64,000 bases of DNA, taken from Nitrospirota bacterium (GTDB lineage: Bacteria > Nitrospirota > UBA9217). Shown here in pieces: positions 28,724 through 38,739 of the stretch (positions within the stretch are counted from its first letter, which is position 1; each line of letters opens with the position of its first letter). The position numbers were made by a program, and so were the translations under genes. Where the stretch lies: assembly GCA_963818475.1 (NCBI GenBank), contig CAWFSF010000006.1, positions 416,001 to 480,000 of the forward strand. The letters run 5' to 3'. The notes under the pieces were generated by a model, which searched no databases, had not been told where the DNA came from, and was given only the letters and a program-made list of their open reading frames with translations.

Positions 28724-29958
28724 TAGACAAGTTGTGATCGTGGCGCTCCTGACCGTCCTCGCGCTGGGATTACGGTTGTGGGGAATTTCCGACATGGAGG
28801 CCCACACCGGCGACGAGGCGGGGCAGGTGTCTTCAGCAAAGCATTTCATCCGGACCGGCCATACTGATTCTACTTTTTGGCACCACCCTCCTTTTGGTCT
28901 CATTCTCATCGCTGCCAGCATCGAGGTTTTCGGAGACAACCCCGCGGGCTGGCGCCTGCGAAACGCCGTGTTGGGCGGCATGACCCCGCTGTTGTTGTTT
29001 CTGATCGCCGCGGAATTATTTGCCTCGCAACGCGTTGCGTTCATGGCAGGCTTGCTTCTGGCGCTCGACCCCCTCCATATTTTTCTGTCTCGTTCGACCA
29101 TGGACGAGATTCCTGCTGTTTTTTTCTTTCTCCTGGCCCTCCTTGTCGACGTGAAATACCTGAAGGGAAAGATCGAGACGCCGCTTGCGTCAGGGCTCTT
29201 TCTCGGTCTTTCTCTTGCTTCGAAGCAATACTACGCTCTCGCAATATTACCTCTTTTTATTTTCAATCTGGTACTCCCGGCGAAGGGTGAGAAGGCGGGC
29301 TGGTATAAGACCATGCACGTCACGCTGGTGTTTCTCCTGCTGCCGCTGGTCGTTTTTACGGCATGCTACTTCCCGTGGTTTGCCGGAGGGCACGGGCTTC
29401 GCGATTTTTATCGCTTCCAACTTGATGCATATTATGATCTGCAAAGCATGACGTATAACTGGTTTGCGCTGGGAGAACTATTGCGGGAAACAGGTGCGCC
29501 ATGGGAATGGTTCGTGCGGCCGAAATATACCATGCTCTTCGGGGCCGGCTGGGGCCAATGGGGCTGCTATCTCTGCCTGACTAATAATCCGGTCATATGG
29601 CTCTTGACGCTGCCGGCATTGTTCTTCATGACCCTTCGATACAGAAAGGAAAAAGACCGCTGGCTTTTGATGACAGTCGTTCTTTTCCTGGCTGTTTATG
29701 TGCCGTTACTGTTGGCAAAAAGGCCGATTTTTCTGTACTCTGCGACCGCAGTCCTTCCCTTTGCCTTCCTGGCGGTCGCATATCTGGTGACTTCGCTGGC
29801 GCAAAAGGCCAGGATGCATGAATTAGCATATTCTATTTGCCACCGCGTGCGTTATTGCGATAGGTTTATACCATTATCCGTTGGCGACGGCGAAGCCCGT
29901 GCCGGCCGTTCTTTACACCCCCATTCTGACCGAAGAGGTGGCGACGCGGAATCTTTAG
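28710..29958 (+). CDS. PMT-like protein O-glycosyltransferase (GT39-like), with an apparent +1 frameshift near 29831
   Basis: GDE, HHPPFG, GWRL, LSR, ASKQ, PWEWF, NNPVIW and RPIFLY. The final TM (LFATACVIAIGLYHYPLA...) lies in the +1 frame ending at TAG 29958. Confidence 0.8.
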
Positions 29959-30059
29959 CGCGTTGCCGTCTCAAACCCTTCCCCACCACGTAAAGATATT
30001 ATTCTCTCCGCGGCTTTACCAAATGCAAGTATGCCGGAGTTTATGGCGGTAACTATGAT

Positions 30060-30100
30060 CTTATTTCCTGCTCTCTCAAATAAATAAAGCAGGAAATAAG
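30060..30100. terminator. Perfect 13-bp inverted repeat between convergent genes (terminator or operator)
   Basis: CTTATTTCCTGCT (30060-72) / AGCAGGAAATAAG (30088-100) with a 15-nt loop. Confidence 0.5.
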
Positions 30101-30171
30101 TTGCATCGGGTCCGAAGAATAGATATGATGGCCCTCAGAAGAAAAAATACTTCTTTCAGCGCCACAATTTT
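30101..30171 (+). promoter_or_regulatory. Second copy of the promoter + hairpin element
   Basis: Ungapped similarity to 26401..26471 at offset 3700, with TTGCAT-17-TATGAT retained. Confidence 0.55.
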
Positions 30172-31474
30172 AGCGGGAGTTTTCCATAATAAAGTCGAGA
30201 TCGCTCTTGTCCATCAGCAGCTGCGGTTTCACGGGGATATGTGTCTTTTCGTCGACGCCCGACGCCATGCCGATGGCCAGGATGATAGCTTCCGACTGGC
30301 CCGGACGCAGAATTCTCGGCCCCCATTCCAGAAAAATGACCCTGTTGCTGATGCTCGCCAGCGGGACTTTTTCAGATTCCTGCGCGAACCGTCCTATGCT
30401 GTTGGAAAAGTAGACGGTATCGGGCCTGACCTCACCCAGCCATTCGATGAAATTTGCCATACCCGAGAACGTTTTCGATTTCCCTGACGGTATCATCTTA
30501 TTCCCATAGTCATACTGCCCGGCGTACGAGTATTTCGCGGCGTCTACCATTCCTTCATAGTAGAAGAGCCTGTCTTTTACCCACCCCACATTTCCTTCAG
30601 AGGAGCCGAAATTACCGACCCACGGTTCGTCTCCGTAAATATAGAAATAGGGCACGTCATAGCTGTTCCTGTTTTTTAAAACGATCATCAGAATAAAATA
30701 GGCATCATCGGTTCTGAAAACGGCGTACCGGTCCATATGCAGGGGAACCCCCTGGAATTCGACCTTGTGGCTGCTTTTCAGGATCAGCTTTGATTTGCTT
30801 TTATTCAGGATCTTGCTGCCAAGAAATTCCCAATGGGAAGGAGTCAGCATGTGGTCCGGATCAAATCCGATGCCAAGCGCTTCGTTTGCATTGCACCAGA
30901 GATGCTGCCATTCCTTCCCGTTAAAAAAAGCCATCCCGGTTTCGTTTTTTGTGACGTTGGGATCTTCCAGCTTTGCTCCCGGCAATCCGCCTCCGACAAA
31001 AATTCCTTTAGGAGCGACGCCGTTGCCGCTGTCCTTGAACCGGCTGAAACAGGTGATGAGTCTTTTATTGTCTGGAAAATGAGACTCGACATATCCTCTT
31101 CCGGTTCGTTCGCTCCATCGGTAATGGATTTGGGACTCTTCAGTCGCATTGGTATCAACGCCCATCAAGTGCAAAAGAGGGATCAACCCAGGAATGCTTT
31201 TGCGCTTGATTAAGAAATCGAAAACTGGCTGGAAATCCACTCGGAAAATAATTTTATGCTCGTCTCCCAAAAAATCCTCATTCTGAAGATCGAAGACCGC
31301 GCCGTGGCTGCATCTCAGGAGATATATTCCCTCATAATCTCCTGAAAAGTCGAAGTGAGTTATGGAGATGAAGACCGTGAGCGGCAGTATGAGGATTGCA
31401 AGAAAGAGTATAGGGAGGCGGTTACTTGGAACAAGGAAGGAAAGTCTTCTGAGTTGATTTTTAACAGTATTCAT
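30170..31474 (-). CDS. Hypothetical protein with an N-terminal TM and an aromatic-rich soluble domain
   Basis: 434-aa ORF; no motif recognised. Confidence 0.7.
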   Translation of the reverse strand: MNTVKNQLRRLSFLVPSNRLPILFLAILILPLTVFISITHFDFSGDYEGIYLLRCSHGAVFDLQNEDFLGDEHKIIFRVDFQPVFDFLIKRKSIPGLIPLLHLMGVDTNATEESQIHYRWSERTGRGYVESHFPDNKRLITCFSRFKDSGNGVAPKGIFVGGGLPGAKLEDPNVTKNETGMAFFNGKEWQHLWCNANEALGIGFDPDHMLTPSHWEFLGSKILNKSKSKLILKSSHKVEFQGVPLHMDRYAVFRTDDAYFILMIVLKNRNSYDVPYFYIYGDEPWVGNFGSSEGNVGWVKDRLFYYEGMVDAAKYSYAGQYDYGNKMIPSGKSKTFSGMANFIEWLGEVRPDTVYFSNSIGRFAQESEKVPLASISNRVIFLEWGPRILRPGQSEAIILAIGMASGVDEKTHIPVKPQLLMDKSDLDFIMENSR

Positions 31475-31547
31475 GTGAGTGGAATAATTTATTAATGAGG
31501 AAAGGCCTCAGGCCGATAAGGTAAAATCACCATCAACAAAAAGCGTC

Positions 31548-31670
31548 TTTCGCATAGCAGCCAAGGACGGAAAGGAAATGCGTCAATACCGGTTTTAAAC
31601 CCAAAGGATATATCTTTCCTTGCGATCTTTGCGTCTCAGAGAGGGACGCTTAAAGGGCCATTGCGAGAAA
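31548..31670. repeat. Possible degenerate REP-like palindromic element
   Basis: TTTCGCA...CCAAGGACGGAAAG ... CTTGCGATCTTTGCGTC...TTGCGAGAAA with imperfect dyad symmetry. Confidence 0.3.
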
Positions 31671-32042
31671 TTCGCTGGTTTTTTGGTTCAACTCAAAAAC
31701 TTGACTCAAAATTCAGGATGAGACGAACTAAAGTTACCTTTACAGCGTGCGAAATAATACAATACTTTACTGTCAATTGCCAGAACTATTTTGACCCCTC
31801 ATGATTCCGTTCAGAGGACCTTTTGCTATGAATCCGCGCTGCGATTCCGCTGAAAACCTAAGAAAACGAAAGCCCGAAAGAGGCGCCAGAGCGGAATGGG
31901 GATATTCCGCAGTCCAGCCCGCCCGTTAAAAGTCCCTTGATAATTGACGCAAAATGGTTATAATATACCGTGTTGCATCGTGCTGATCTGCCGCTTACGC
32001 ATCCTGCGAGGCTCTCGGCACGGGAATGGTAAGAGGATAGCA

Positions 32043-32489
32043 TTGCGCTATTATTTCAGGGACCGCATCCGTTCGCTCTTTCAGTTGAATGACACCCCGC
32101 ATCGGCTTGCCCTGGCATTCGCTCTCGGCGTGTTTATCGCCTTTTCGCCCACAGTCGGACTGCATTTAATTTCGTGCGTTGTTATCGCCTGGGCATTCCG
32201 GCTGAGCAAGGTCGTGGTGTTCACCGCTTCTCTCATCAACAATCCCTGGACCATCGTGCCGATGTACGGATTTTGCATCTGGTTCGGCAGCAAGCTCATG
32301 GGGCGCGAGATCGCCATGCCGCAGATCGCGTGGAATGAGCTTACCCTGTCCAGTGCCTATGTGGTCATTAAGCCGTACTTCTGGCCTTTTGTTGCGGGAA
32401 CGCTGGTGGCAGGAGGCATTGCCGCTGTCATGGCATACTTTTTAATCTATTGGCTGGTGATCCGCTACAGAAAAGTGGAAGGCAAATAA
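32043..32489 (+). CDS. DUF2062-family membrane protein
   Basis: DTPHRLALAFALGVFIAFSPTVGLH...INNPWTIVP...G; TTG start after AGAGGA. Confidence 0.82.
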   Translation: MRYYFRDRIRSLFQLNDTPHRLALAFALGVFIAFSPTVGLHLISCVVIAWAFRLSKVVVFTASLINNPWTIVPMYGFCIWFGSKLMGREIAMPQIAWNELTLSSAYVVIKPYFWPFVAGTLVAGGIAAVMAYFLIYWLVIRYRKVEGK

Positions 32490-32628
32490 AGCGTTACGGC
32501 AACCTTTGGCTTGGAGCAAAAGACGTATATATTGACTGGATGAATTATATTGATTATGATATGCGTCACTATCCCGATACATTCACGAAGAGCTATCAGC
32601 CTAAGCAGTATCGGATAACAATCTCAGG

Positions 32629-32933
32629 ATGAATGGTGAGAACAGTCCTTTGGCATCCCCCTCGTATCGGTAGTCATCGTGAATTGGAACGGCAGGCATC
32701 TCCTGGAGGAATGTTTGGATTCACTCCAGGCACAGACCTGCCGGGATTTTGAGATAGTTCTTGTTGATAACGGTTCGCAGGATGGTTCCTCTGGGTTTGC
32801 GCGGGAACAATATCCCGGCGTCAAGCTGATCCAGCTGGGAGAGAACCGCGGTTTTTCCGGCGAGAACAACACCGGCAAGCGGGAAAGCTGGTGGCGAATA
32901 AGATTCTCATTCCCCACCCCACCGTGTGAATAG
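32629..32933 (+). pseudogene. Truncated GT2 glycosyltransferase fragment
   Basis: PLVSVVIVNWNG...LEECLDSL...IVLVDNGSQDGS...ENRGFSGENNTG, then similarity is lost and a stop follows; no in-frame ATG upstream. Confidence 0.7.
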
Positions 32934-33015
32934 AACGGCTCTGGTAATAGATCAATAGCAATCTTCGACTGAGCAGCACTGAGCAGCCTTGACTGTTCAC
33001 CGGGAATGGATTATC

Positions 33016-34032
33016 ATGGCCTCCATGTCAACTGAACCGGTCAGCATCGTAATCCCCATGTACAATGCTGAAAAATATATTGCGCAGGTCCTTGACGCTA
33101 TTTTTCAGCAGGAGTATCCCGGCGAACGGGAAGTGATCGTGGTGAATGACGGCAGCCGCGACCGTTCTTTGGAGATCGTGCAAGAGTATGCCTGGCAGCG
33201 GACAGGGATCACGGTCATTGATCAAGCCAATCTGGGTGCCGTGACGGCAACCAATAACGGTTTTAAGGCAGCGCGATACAATACTATCTGCAGTGTTGAT
33301 TCTGACGTAGTATTACACCCGGACTGGCTCGATAAGATTATGGCCGAGTTCGCCGATCCTCGCGTGGGAGCCGTGCAGGGATATTATAAAACCCCGGAGG
33401 GAATATCATTCTGGGCGCGGATGATGGGGTATGACGTGGAGAAGCGGTACGACGACATCAAGGAGAAATACGTATCCCAGGTCTGTACCGGCAATACAGC
33501 CTACCGGAAGTCGGCGCTTGAGCAGGTCGGGCTTTTTGATCCTGCGTTCATTTACGGATATGACAACGATATGAGTTATCGGCTTCAAAAAGCCGGATAT
33601 ACACTCGTTTTCCGCAAAGACGCACTTTGCGATCATTACTGGAAGGCGGACCTTTCAAGCTATATAAAACAGCAATATCGCTCCGCATACGGCAGAATGC
33701 AACTCGTTCAGCGGCACAGGGACCGGGCAGGCGGCGATAGCGTGTCCGGTCTGCGCATGATCCTGCAGGTCCCGCTCACGGTCCTGTCGATCGGGTTGGC
33801 CGGAACCGGGGTCTTCCTCAGCATGTTCGGATGGCCGGGCACACTCCTGCTCAATTCCGCTGCTCTTATCTTCGCCGGGCTCATGGCTGACCGGCTGGCC
33901 TTTGCGTACAGCATCATGCGGAAGCAGCATGATGCGCGTGTTCTGCTCCTGCCATTCGTTCACATACTGAGAAATGGCGTCTGGTGCGTTGCGCTGGTGC
34001 GATGGATGCTGGGGACCCTATGGACAAGATAG
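33016..34032 (+). CDS. GT2 glycosyltransferase with C-terminal TMs
   Basis: VSIVIPMYN, VNDGSRD, VDSD and QQYRSAYG. Confidence 0.88.
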   Translation: MASMSTEPVSIVIPMYNAEKYIAQVLDAIFQQEYPGEREVIVVNDGSRDRSLEIVQEYAWQRTGITVIDQANLGAVTATNNGFKAARYNTICSVDSDVVLHPDWLDKIMAEFADPRVGAVQGYYKTPEGISFWARMMGYDVEKRYDDIKEKYVSQVCTGNTAYRKSALEQVGLFDPAFIYGYDNDMSYRLQKAGYTLVFRKDALCDHYWKADLSSYIKQQYRSAYGRMQLVQRHRDRAGGDSVSGLRMILQVPLTVLSIGLAGTGVFLSMFGWPGTLLLNSAALIFAGLMADRLAFAYSIMRKQHDARVLLLPFVHILRNGVWCVALVRWMLGTLWTR

Positions 34033-34739
34033 CAAAGGCGAAAAAATTCGAACAGGAGCTGGTGCATGGCAAGGGGCTCATCCCAACTCCGTCATCCTGG
34101 ATCGATTATTTTTGGGAAGCACACCGCAATAAGGTCGTGGCTTCGCTGAGCGAACCCTTTCAGCAGGCATCGACGGTATTGTTCATTGGCGTCGGAACCG
34201 GCGATGTGATCCCAAGATTGCGCCCTGTTGGCAAGAGGATCATCGGCATCGATCTGAACAAAACCTGTCTTGCGCAGGCTGCTCAATACTGTGAGGCTGT
34301 TGAGGGGGACGGATCAACCCTTCCTCTTGACGATGAAAGCTGCGACCTGGTCGTGTGCAATATGGTCCTCCACCATATCGTGGAGCAGGGTGGCCTGGAA
34401 AAGACCCTGAGTGAAGCCGCTCGCGTTCTGAGGCCGGGCGGCCGGTTCATGGCCTATGAACCGAACATCTATCATCCTTCAGGAATGGCGTTGACTCTCC
34501 TCAATACCTTTCACCTCTACCATGCGGTAGGGGGGGGGAGCAATTACGAACGAGCGCTATCTCCCTTTTCTCTGGTCAGAGCGTGCCGGCCTTATTTCCA
34601 AAAGGTCCGGGTCCGCACGCTTACATTCGGGCACCCCCGGTTTCCCCTGTTTATGCAAAATACGCTTTTCAGGCTTGATACACCGTGCGCGGCGTTATAC
34701 CCGTTCAGCTTTAGTTTTGCCATCGAAGCAGTCAAATAA
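34020..34739 (+). CDS. Class I SAM-dependent methyltransferase
   Basis: LFIGVGTG, GIDLN, LPLDDESCDLV and RVLRPGG. Confidence 0.85.
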   Translation: MDKIAKAKKFEQELVHGKGLIPTPSSWIDYFWEAHRNKVVASLSEPFQQASTVLFIGVGTGDVIPRLRPVGKRIIGIDLNKTCLAQAAQYCEAVEGDGSTLPLDDESCDLVVCNMVLHHIVEQGGLEKTLSEAARVLRPGGRFMAYEPNIYHPSGMALTLLNTFHLYHAVGGGSNYERALSPFSLVRACRPYFQKVRVRTLTFGHPRFPLFMQNTLFRLDTPCAALYPFSFSFAIEAVK

Positions 34740-34826
34740 TTCTGAAGTACGATGGCGCGCGTGACCGGAAAGGTCTGGATCGCGTAATTCCGCGGTGAAC
34801 CGTTAAGTCGGTTGTGAGGACCCTGC

Positions 34827-36278
34827 ATGAAAATTGGTCTTATCGTCCCCCCTGCAATTTCGCAGGACAGAATCCCTGAACGGGTTTACGGCTGCACGTT
34901 TACGTACTACAAACAGCCCCAGCTTCCGCTCCTGTATGTCGGAGCTGTTCTCGAGAGGGAAGGCCATCAGGTCGTGTTCAGGGACTTCACCGGCAGGAAT
35001 GCTTGGGATGCGTTTGTCAGCTTTGTCGATGCCGCACCCTGCGATCTCTATGTTTTCCATACCGTCCTGCTGGCGGAAAGCGTTGACCTCCGGGCGGCAC
35101 GGCATGTCCTGGAGCATACCGCAGCGAAAATCATTTTCTTCGGCCCCCAGCCGACGCTGAAGCCGCGGAACTTCCTGACGAGCGACCGGTGCTATGTGGC
35201 ACGTGGTGAGGCTGAATTCATAATCCGTGACCTGGCTCGGGCTTTGGAGCACGGTGGTCTTGAGACCGTAAAAGGCATATCCTATCTCAGAACAAGCCAG
35301 ATGGTCGAGGCCGAAAGCTATGGAGTCATCGAGGACCTGGACAGCCTTCCTTTCCCGGCTCGCCATCTGATCGAACGCGGGAAGGATGATTTTTTCAATC
35401 CAAAGCTGCCCTACCGGCCCGTGACGCTGGTCCTGACCTCGCGGGGCTGCAGGTTCCGCTGCTACTATTGCGTGCCCAATGCAATCAGCTGGGCACGCGA
35501 GCTGGAATGGAAGCGGTTTCATCCCGGCACCAAGCCGCCAGTGACGCTCCGGTCTCCCGGGAACATCGCCGCCGAGTTCACGGCCATAAAAGCCCAGGGA
35601 TATCAGGCCGTGTCCATCCTCGATGATATGTTTCTTTTTGGCGGCAAGGAAAGGATTCTGGAGATATGTCGTGGATTAGAACGAGTTCAGCTACCCTTCG
35701 GAGGACTTTCTCGCTGTGAATTTGTGCTCGATGATGAAGTGGGTCAGGCACTGGCACGGGCTGGCTGTAAGTATATCGATCTGGGGATCGAGTCGCTCAA
35801 TCAAAATGTGCTCAATGATATTAAAAAGGACCTGGATATTTCGAAGGTCCGGCAGGCCATCGACCTGCTGAACAAGTATGGGATCGAGCCAAAAGCCAAT
35901 ATCATGTTCGGAGCCTCGCCGCTGGAAACGAAAGACACAATCCGTTCCACGGTTGAGACGATCTCAGCATATCCACTCAATTACTGCATGTTCCTGATTG
36001 CAACCCCATTTCCCGGGACGGAGTTCGATAAGCAAGCAAGGCAGAACGGGTGGGCAATTGAACCAGACATAAATGATCTGGAGAACAATCTTTCGCCTAC
36101 GAACAAGTCACTCGTGGAATACCCACATCTGGGCAAAGGAGACCTGGAACATGCGGTAAAGAAAGCAAATCGGCGATTTTATCTCAGTCCCAGGAGGATT
36201 TGGTTCCAGCTGAGCAAGGTCAGTTCCTGGAAGGCGTTGAAGGATTTGATGGTGACCGGCTGGAAGATCATAAAGTAG
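34827..36278 (+). CDS. B12-binding radical SAM protein
   Basis: ARGEAE, TSRGCRFRCYYC, LGIES and TPFPGT. Confidence 0.9.
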   Translation: MKIGLIVPPAISQDRIPERVYGCTFTYYKQPQLPLLYVGAVLEREGHQVVFRDFTGRNAWDAFVSFVDAAPCDLYVFHTVLLAESVDLRAARHVLEHTAAKIIFFGPQPTLKPRNFLTSDRCYVARGEAEFIIRDLARALEHGGLETVKGISYLRTSQMVEAESYGVIEDLDSLPFPARHLIERGKDDFFNPKLPYRPVTLVLTSRGCRFRCYYCVPNAISWARELEWKRFHPGTKPPVTLRSPGNIAAEFTAIKAQGYQAVSILDDMFLFGGKERILEICRGLERVQLPFGGLSRCEFVLDDEVGQALARAGCKYIDLGIESLNQNVLNDIKKDLDISKVRQAIDLLNKYGIEPKANIMFGASPLETKDTIRSTVETISAYPLNYCMFLIATPFPGTEFDKQARQNGWAIEPDINDLENNLSPTNKSLVEYPHLGKGDLEHAVKKANRRFYLSPRRIWFQLSKVSSWKALKDLMVTGWKIIK

Positions 36279-36319
36279 AAGCGATCTGCGCAGACTGTCG
36301 TGGCTACCTATTCTAATCA

Positions 36320-37015
36320 ATGAAGATCCTGATTATCATACCGGCATACAATGAAGAAAAGAGCCTTCCCGGAGTTATCTCTGAACTGAGGAAAGAGGCT
36401 CCGGAGGCGGACGTGCTTGTCGTGAACGATGGGTCCCACGATAAGACGGTGCATATTGCGCGAGAAATGAGTGCTCAGGTTCTAGACCTGCCGTTCAACC
36501 TCGGGATCGGTGGAGCGATGCAGGCCGGGTACCTCTATGCACAGCGTCGGGGCTACGACATCGCAGTTCAGTTTGATGGCGATGGCCAGCATCTTGCCCA
36601 TGAGATAAAAAAATTGCTGCAGCCCGTGCTGGACGGGAAGGCTGATATTCTTATCGGTTCCCGGTTTCTGGGGCAGGGAGATTACAAACCCTCGTTCTCC
36701 AGAAAAATCGGAATCAAGGTCTTTTCCACTGTGTTATCATGCATCCTCGGAACGCGATTAACGGATACGACATCAGGTTTTCGCGCCGCCAACCGGCGGG
36801 TGATCGAGTTCTATGCCCGCACCTATCCCGACGATTATCCAGAAGTGGAGGCGCTGGTGCTTCTGCACAAGGCCGGGATGCGGATCGCGGAGGTTCCGGT
36901 CCACATGCGTGAGCGCACCAGCGGTCAGTCCTCCATAACAGCGGTGCGTTCGGTGTATTACATGGTAAAAGTGCTCCTGGCGGTCTTGATCGACCTGCTT
37001 AAAAAAACGAGGTGA
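36320..37015 (+). CDS. DPM1-like polyprenol-phosphate glycosyltransferase (GT2)
   Basis: IIIPAYNEE, NDGSHD, NLGIGGA, FDGDGQH, GSRF and DTTSGFR. Confidence 0.9.
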   Translation: MKILIIIPAYNEEKSLPGVISELRKEAPEADVLVVNDGSHDKTVHIAREMSAQVLDLPFNLGIGGAMQAGYLYAQRRGYDIAVQFDGDGQHLAHEIKKLLQPVLDGKADILIGSRFLGQGDYKPSFSRKIGIKVFSTVLSCILGTRLTDTTSGFRAANRRVIEFYARTYPDDYPEVEALVLLHKAGMRIAEVPVHMRERTSGQSSITAVRSVYYMVKVLLAVLIDLLKKTR

Positions 37016-37019
37016 ATCC

Positions 37020-37376
37020 ATGGATATCTTGGGCATATTGGCGATAGTCGGAAACGGGACGATCCTGCTGCTGGTCATAGAACTGATCCGCAGAGGACGA
37101 TTAAAAGAACGGTATTCTCTTGTCTGGCTCTTTGCCTGCGTTTCTCTGCTGATCCTCTCTCTGTCCAGGGAAACGCTTGAGTTCTTTTCGCATCTCGTCG
37201 GGATTTATTATGCCCCGTCCTTCCTGTTTCTTGTTGCCTTCCTGTTTCTGCTGATGATCACCCTTCACTTTTCCGTGGTCATATCGGGTCTGTCTGAAAA
37301 AAACAAAAAGCTTGCTCAGGAACTTTCATTGCTGAGGAACGAGATGGAGGGACGGGCAGCCCGGAAATCAGAGTAG
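37020..37376 (+). CDS. DUF2304-family membrane protein (GacJ-like partner of a polyprenol-P sugar synthase)
   Basis: IRRGRLKERYSLVW...VGIYYAPS...SEKNKKLAQELS, immediately after a DPM1-like GT2. Confidence 0.85.
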   Translation: MDILGILAIVGNGTILLLVIELIRRGRLKERYSLVWLFACVSLLILSLSRETLEFFSHLVGIYYAPSFLFLVAFLFLLMITLHFSVVISGLSEKNKKLAQELSLLRNEMEGRAARKSE

Positions 37377-37515
37377 ATGTACCGCAGGCTAGAGCGGGGT
37401 CCTGAATCGAATAAAACCAATACGAAATCAAAAGAATATACTTTACATGCCCCAATTTCCATGCTAAGTTTCACCACACTATCGAATAGCGACTGGTTTC
37501 AGGGAGGATTTTTCT

Positions 37516-38715
37516 ATGGGCTTCGTACAGACGATGAAGGATAAAATGGAAAGGTTCTATAGCAGCCCGCGGTTCAATGGCGCGGCGTTCATTCTCATTG
37601 CTGCGATGGTGCTTATTGCCTATTCCAATACGTTCACCGCCGCGTTTCATTTTGATGACAACCCGTCCATTGCTGAAAACCCAGTGATCAAGCACGTGAC
37701 CATGGAAAATATCACTCAGATCATTATGGGAATTCGGCCGGTCGTTTACCTGAGTCTGATGCTCAACTATCAGCTCGGCGCTCTGAATGTCGTGGGTTAC
37801 CACATATTCAATATTGCCGTTCATGTCATAAACAGCATGTTCGTCTATACGCTCATGCTCTGGACCTTTGGGATGCCCCTCCTCAGCGCCGCGTATCAGG
37901 CAAAGGCAAAAAGAATGGCATTATTCGGCGCGCTCCTGTTTGCCGTGCATCCGATCCAGACAGAGTCGGTAACGTATATTATAACCCGGACGGAGCTGCT
38001 TGCGACGTGCTTCTATCTTGCCACCTTCCTTCTATTCATCAAAGGGGTAAAAACCAAGAAGTTCGGTTACACTATCGGTGCCTTTTTTACCGCCCTCCTT
38101 GCCATGGGGTCCAAGGAATGGGCGGTAACGCTGCCGGCACTGCTCTTTGTCTATGATTTTCTGTTCCTGTCGGAAGGGAAGTTGAAGCCGATAGTGTCCC
38201 GCTGGCTAACGTATGTGATGGTAACGATTCCGTGCGCCACTGTTTTCCGCAACCTGAATCTGTTTTCGAGCAGCTCTGCCTCAGGCATCGGATTTAATTT
38301 GTCCACCACGAGTGGCATCAATGCACAGACGTACCTGCTCACCTCTTTTAATGTAATCTGGACGTATATCCGGTTGATGTTCCTGCCGATCAACCAGAAC
38401 CTCGACTACGACTATCCTATTGCAAAGACTTTGTTTGAATTCCCGACGATCATTTCTTTCATCGGACATCTGATCGTGGTGGGCGGCGCATTCTGGCTTT
38501 ATGTGAAAAAGAGATGGCTGTTGATTCCCTTTGGTGTGGCCTGGTTCTACATCGGCATCTCCCCGGTCCAGAGCGTCGTGCCGATCGTCGATGTTATTTT
38601 CGAGCACCGCATGTATATGCCGTCAATCGGCGTTTTCATCGTATTTGTTACAGCGTATGAGGGCTTGTTTGACCTCTGGACGGAAAAGAAAAGCGGTGCA
38701 GCGAAGATGCGTTAA
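37516..38715 (+). CDS. TMTC-like GT-C glycosyltransferase lacking the last TM and the TPR domain
   Basis: FHFDD, RP, YHIFNIAVH, HPIQTESVTYIITRTELL, SKE, NLDYDY and EHRMYMPS; the ORF stops shortly after that TM. Confidence 0.82.
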   Translation: MGFVQTMKDKMERFYSSPRFNGAAFILIAAMVLIAYSNTFTAAFHFDDNPSIAENPVIKHVTMENITQIIMGIRPVVYLSLMLNYQLGALNVVGYHIFNIAVHVINSMFVYTLMLWTFGMPLLSAAYQAKAKRMALFGALLFAVHPIQTESVTYIITRTELLATCFYLATFLLFIKGVKTKKFGYTIGAFFTALLAMGSKEWAVTLPALLFVYDFLFLSEGKLKPIVSRWLTYVMVTIPCATVFRNLNLFSSSSASGIGFNLSTTSGINAQTYLLTSFNVIWTYIRLMFLPINQNLDYDYPIAKTLFEFPTIISFIGHLIVVGGAFWLYVKKRWLLIPFGVAWFYIGISPVQSVVPIVDVIFEHRMYMPSIGVFIVFVTAYEGLFDLWTEKKSGAAKMR

Positions 38716-38739
38716 AGCATGAGGTCGCCAGTCCGGGGG

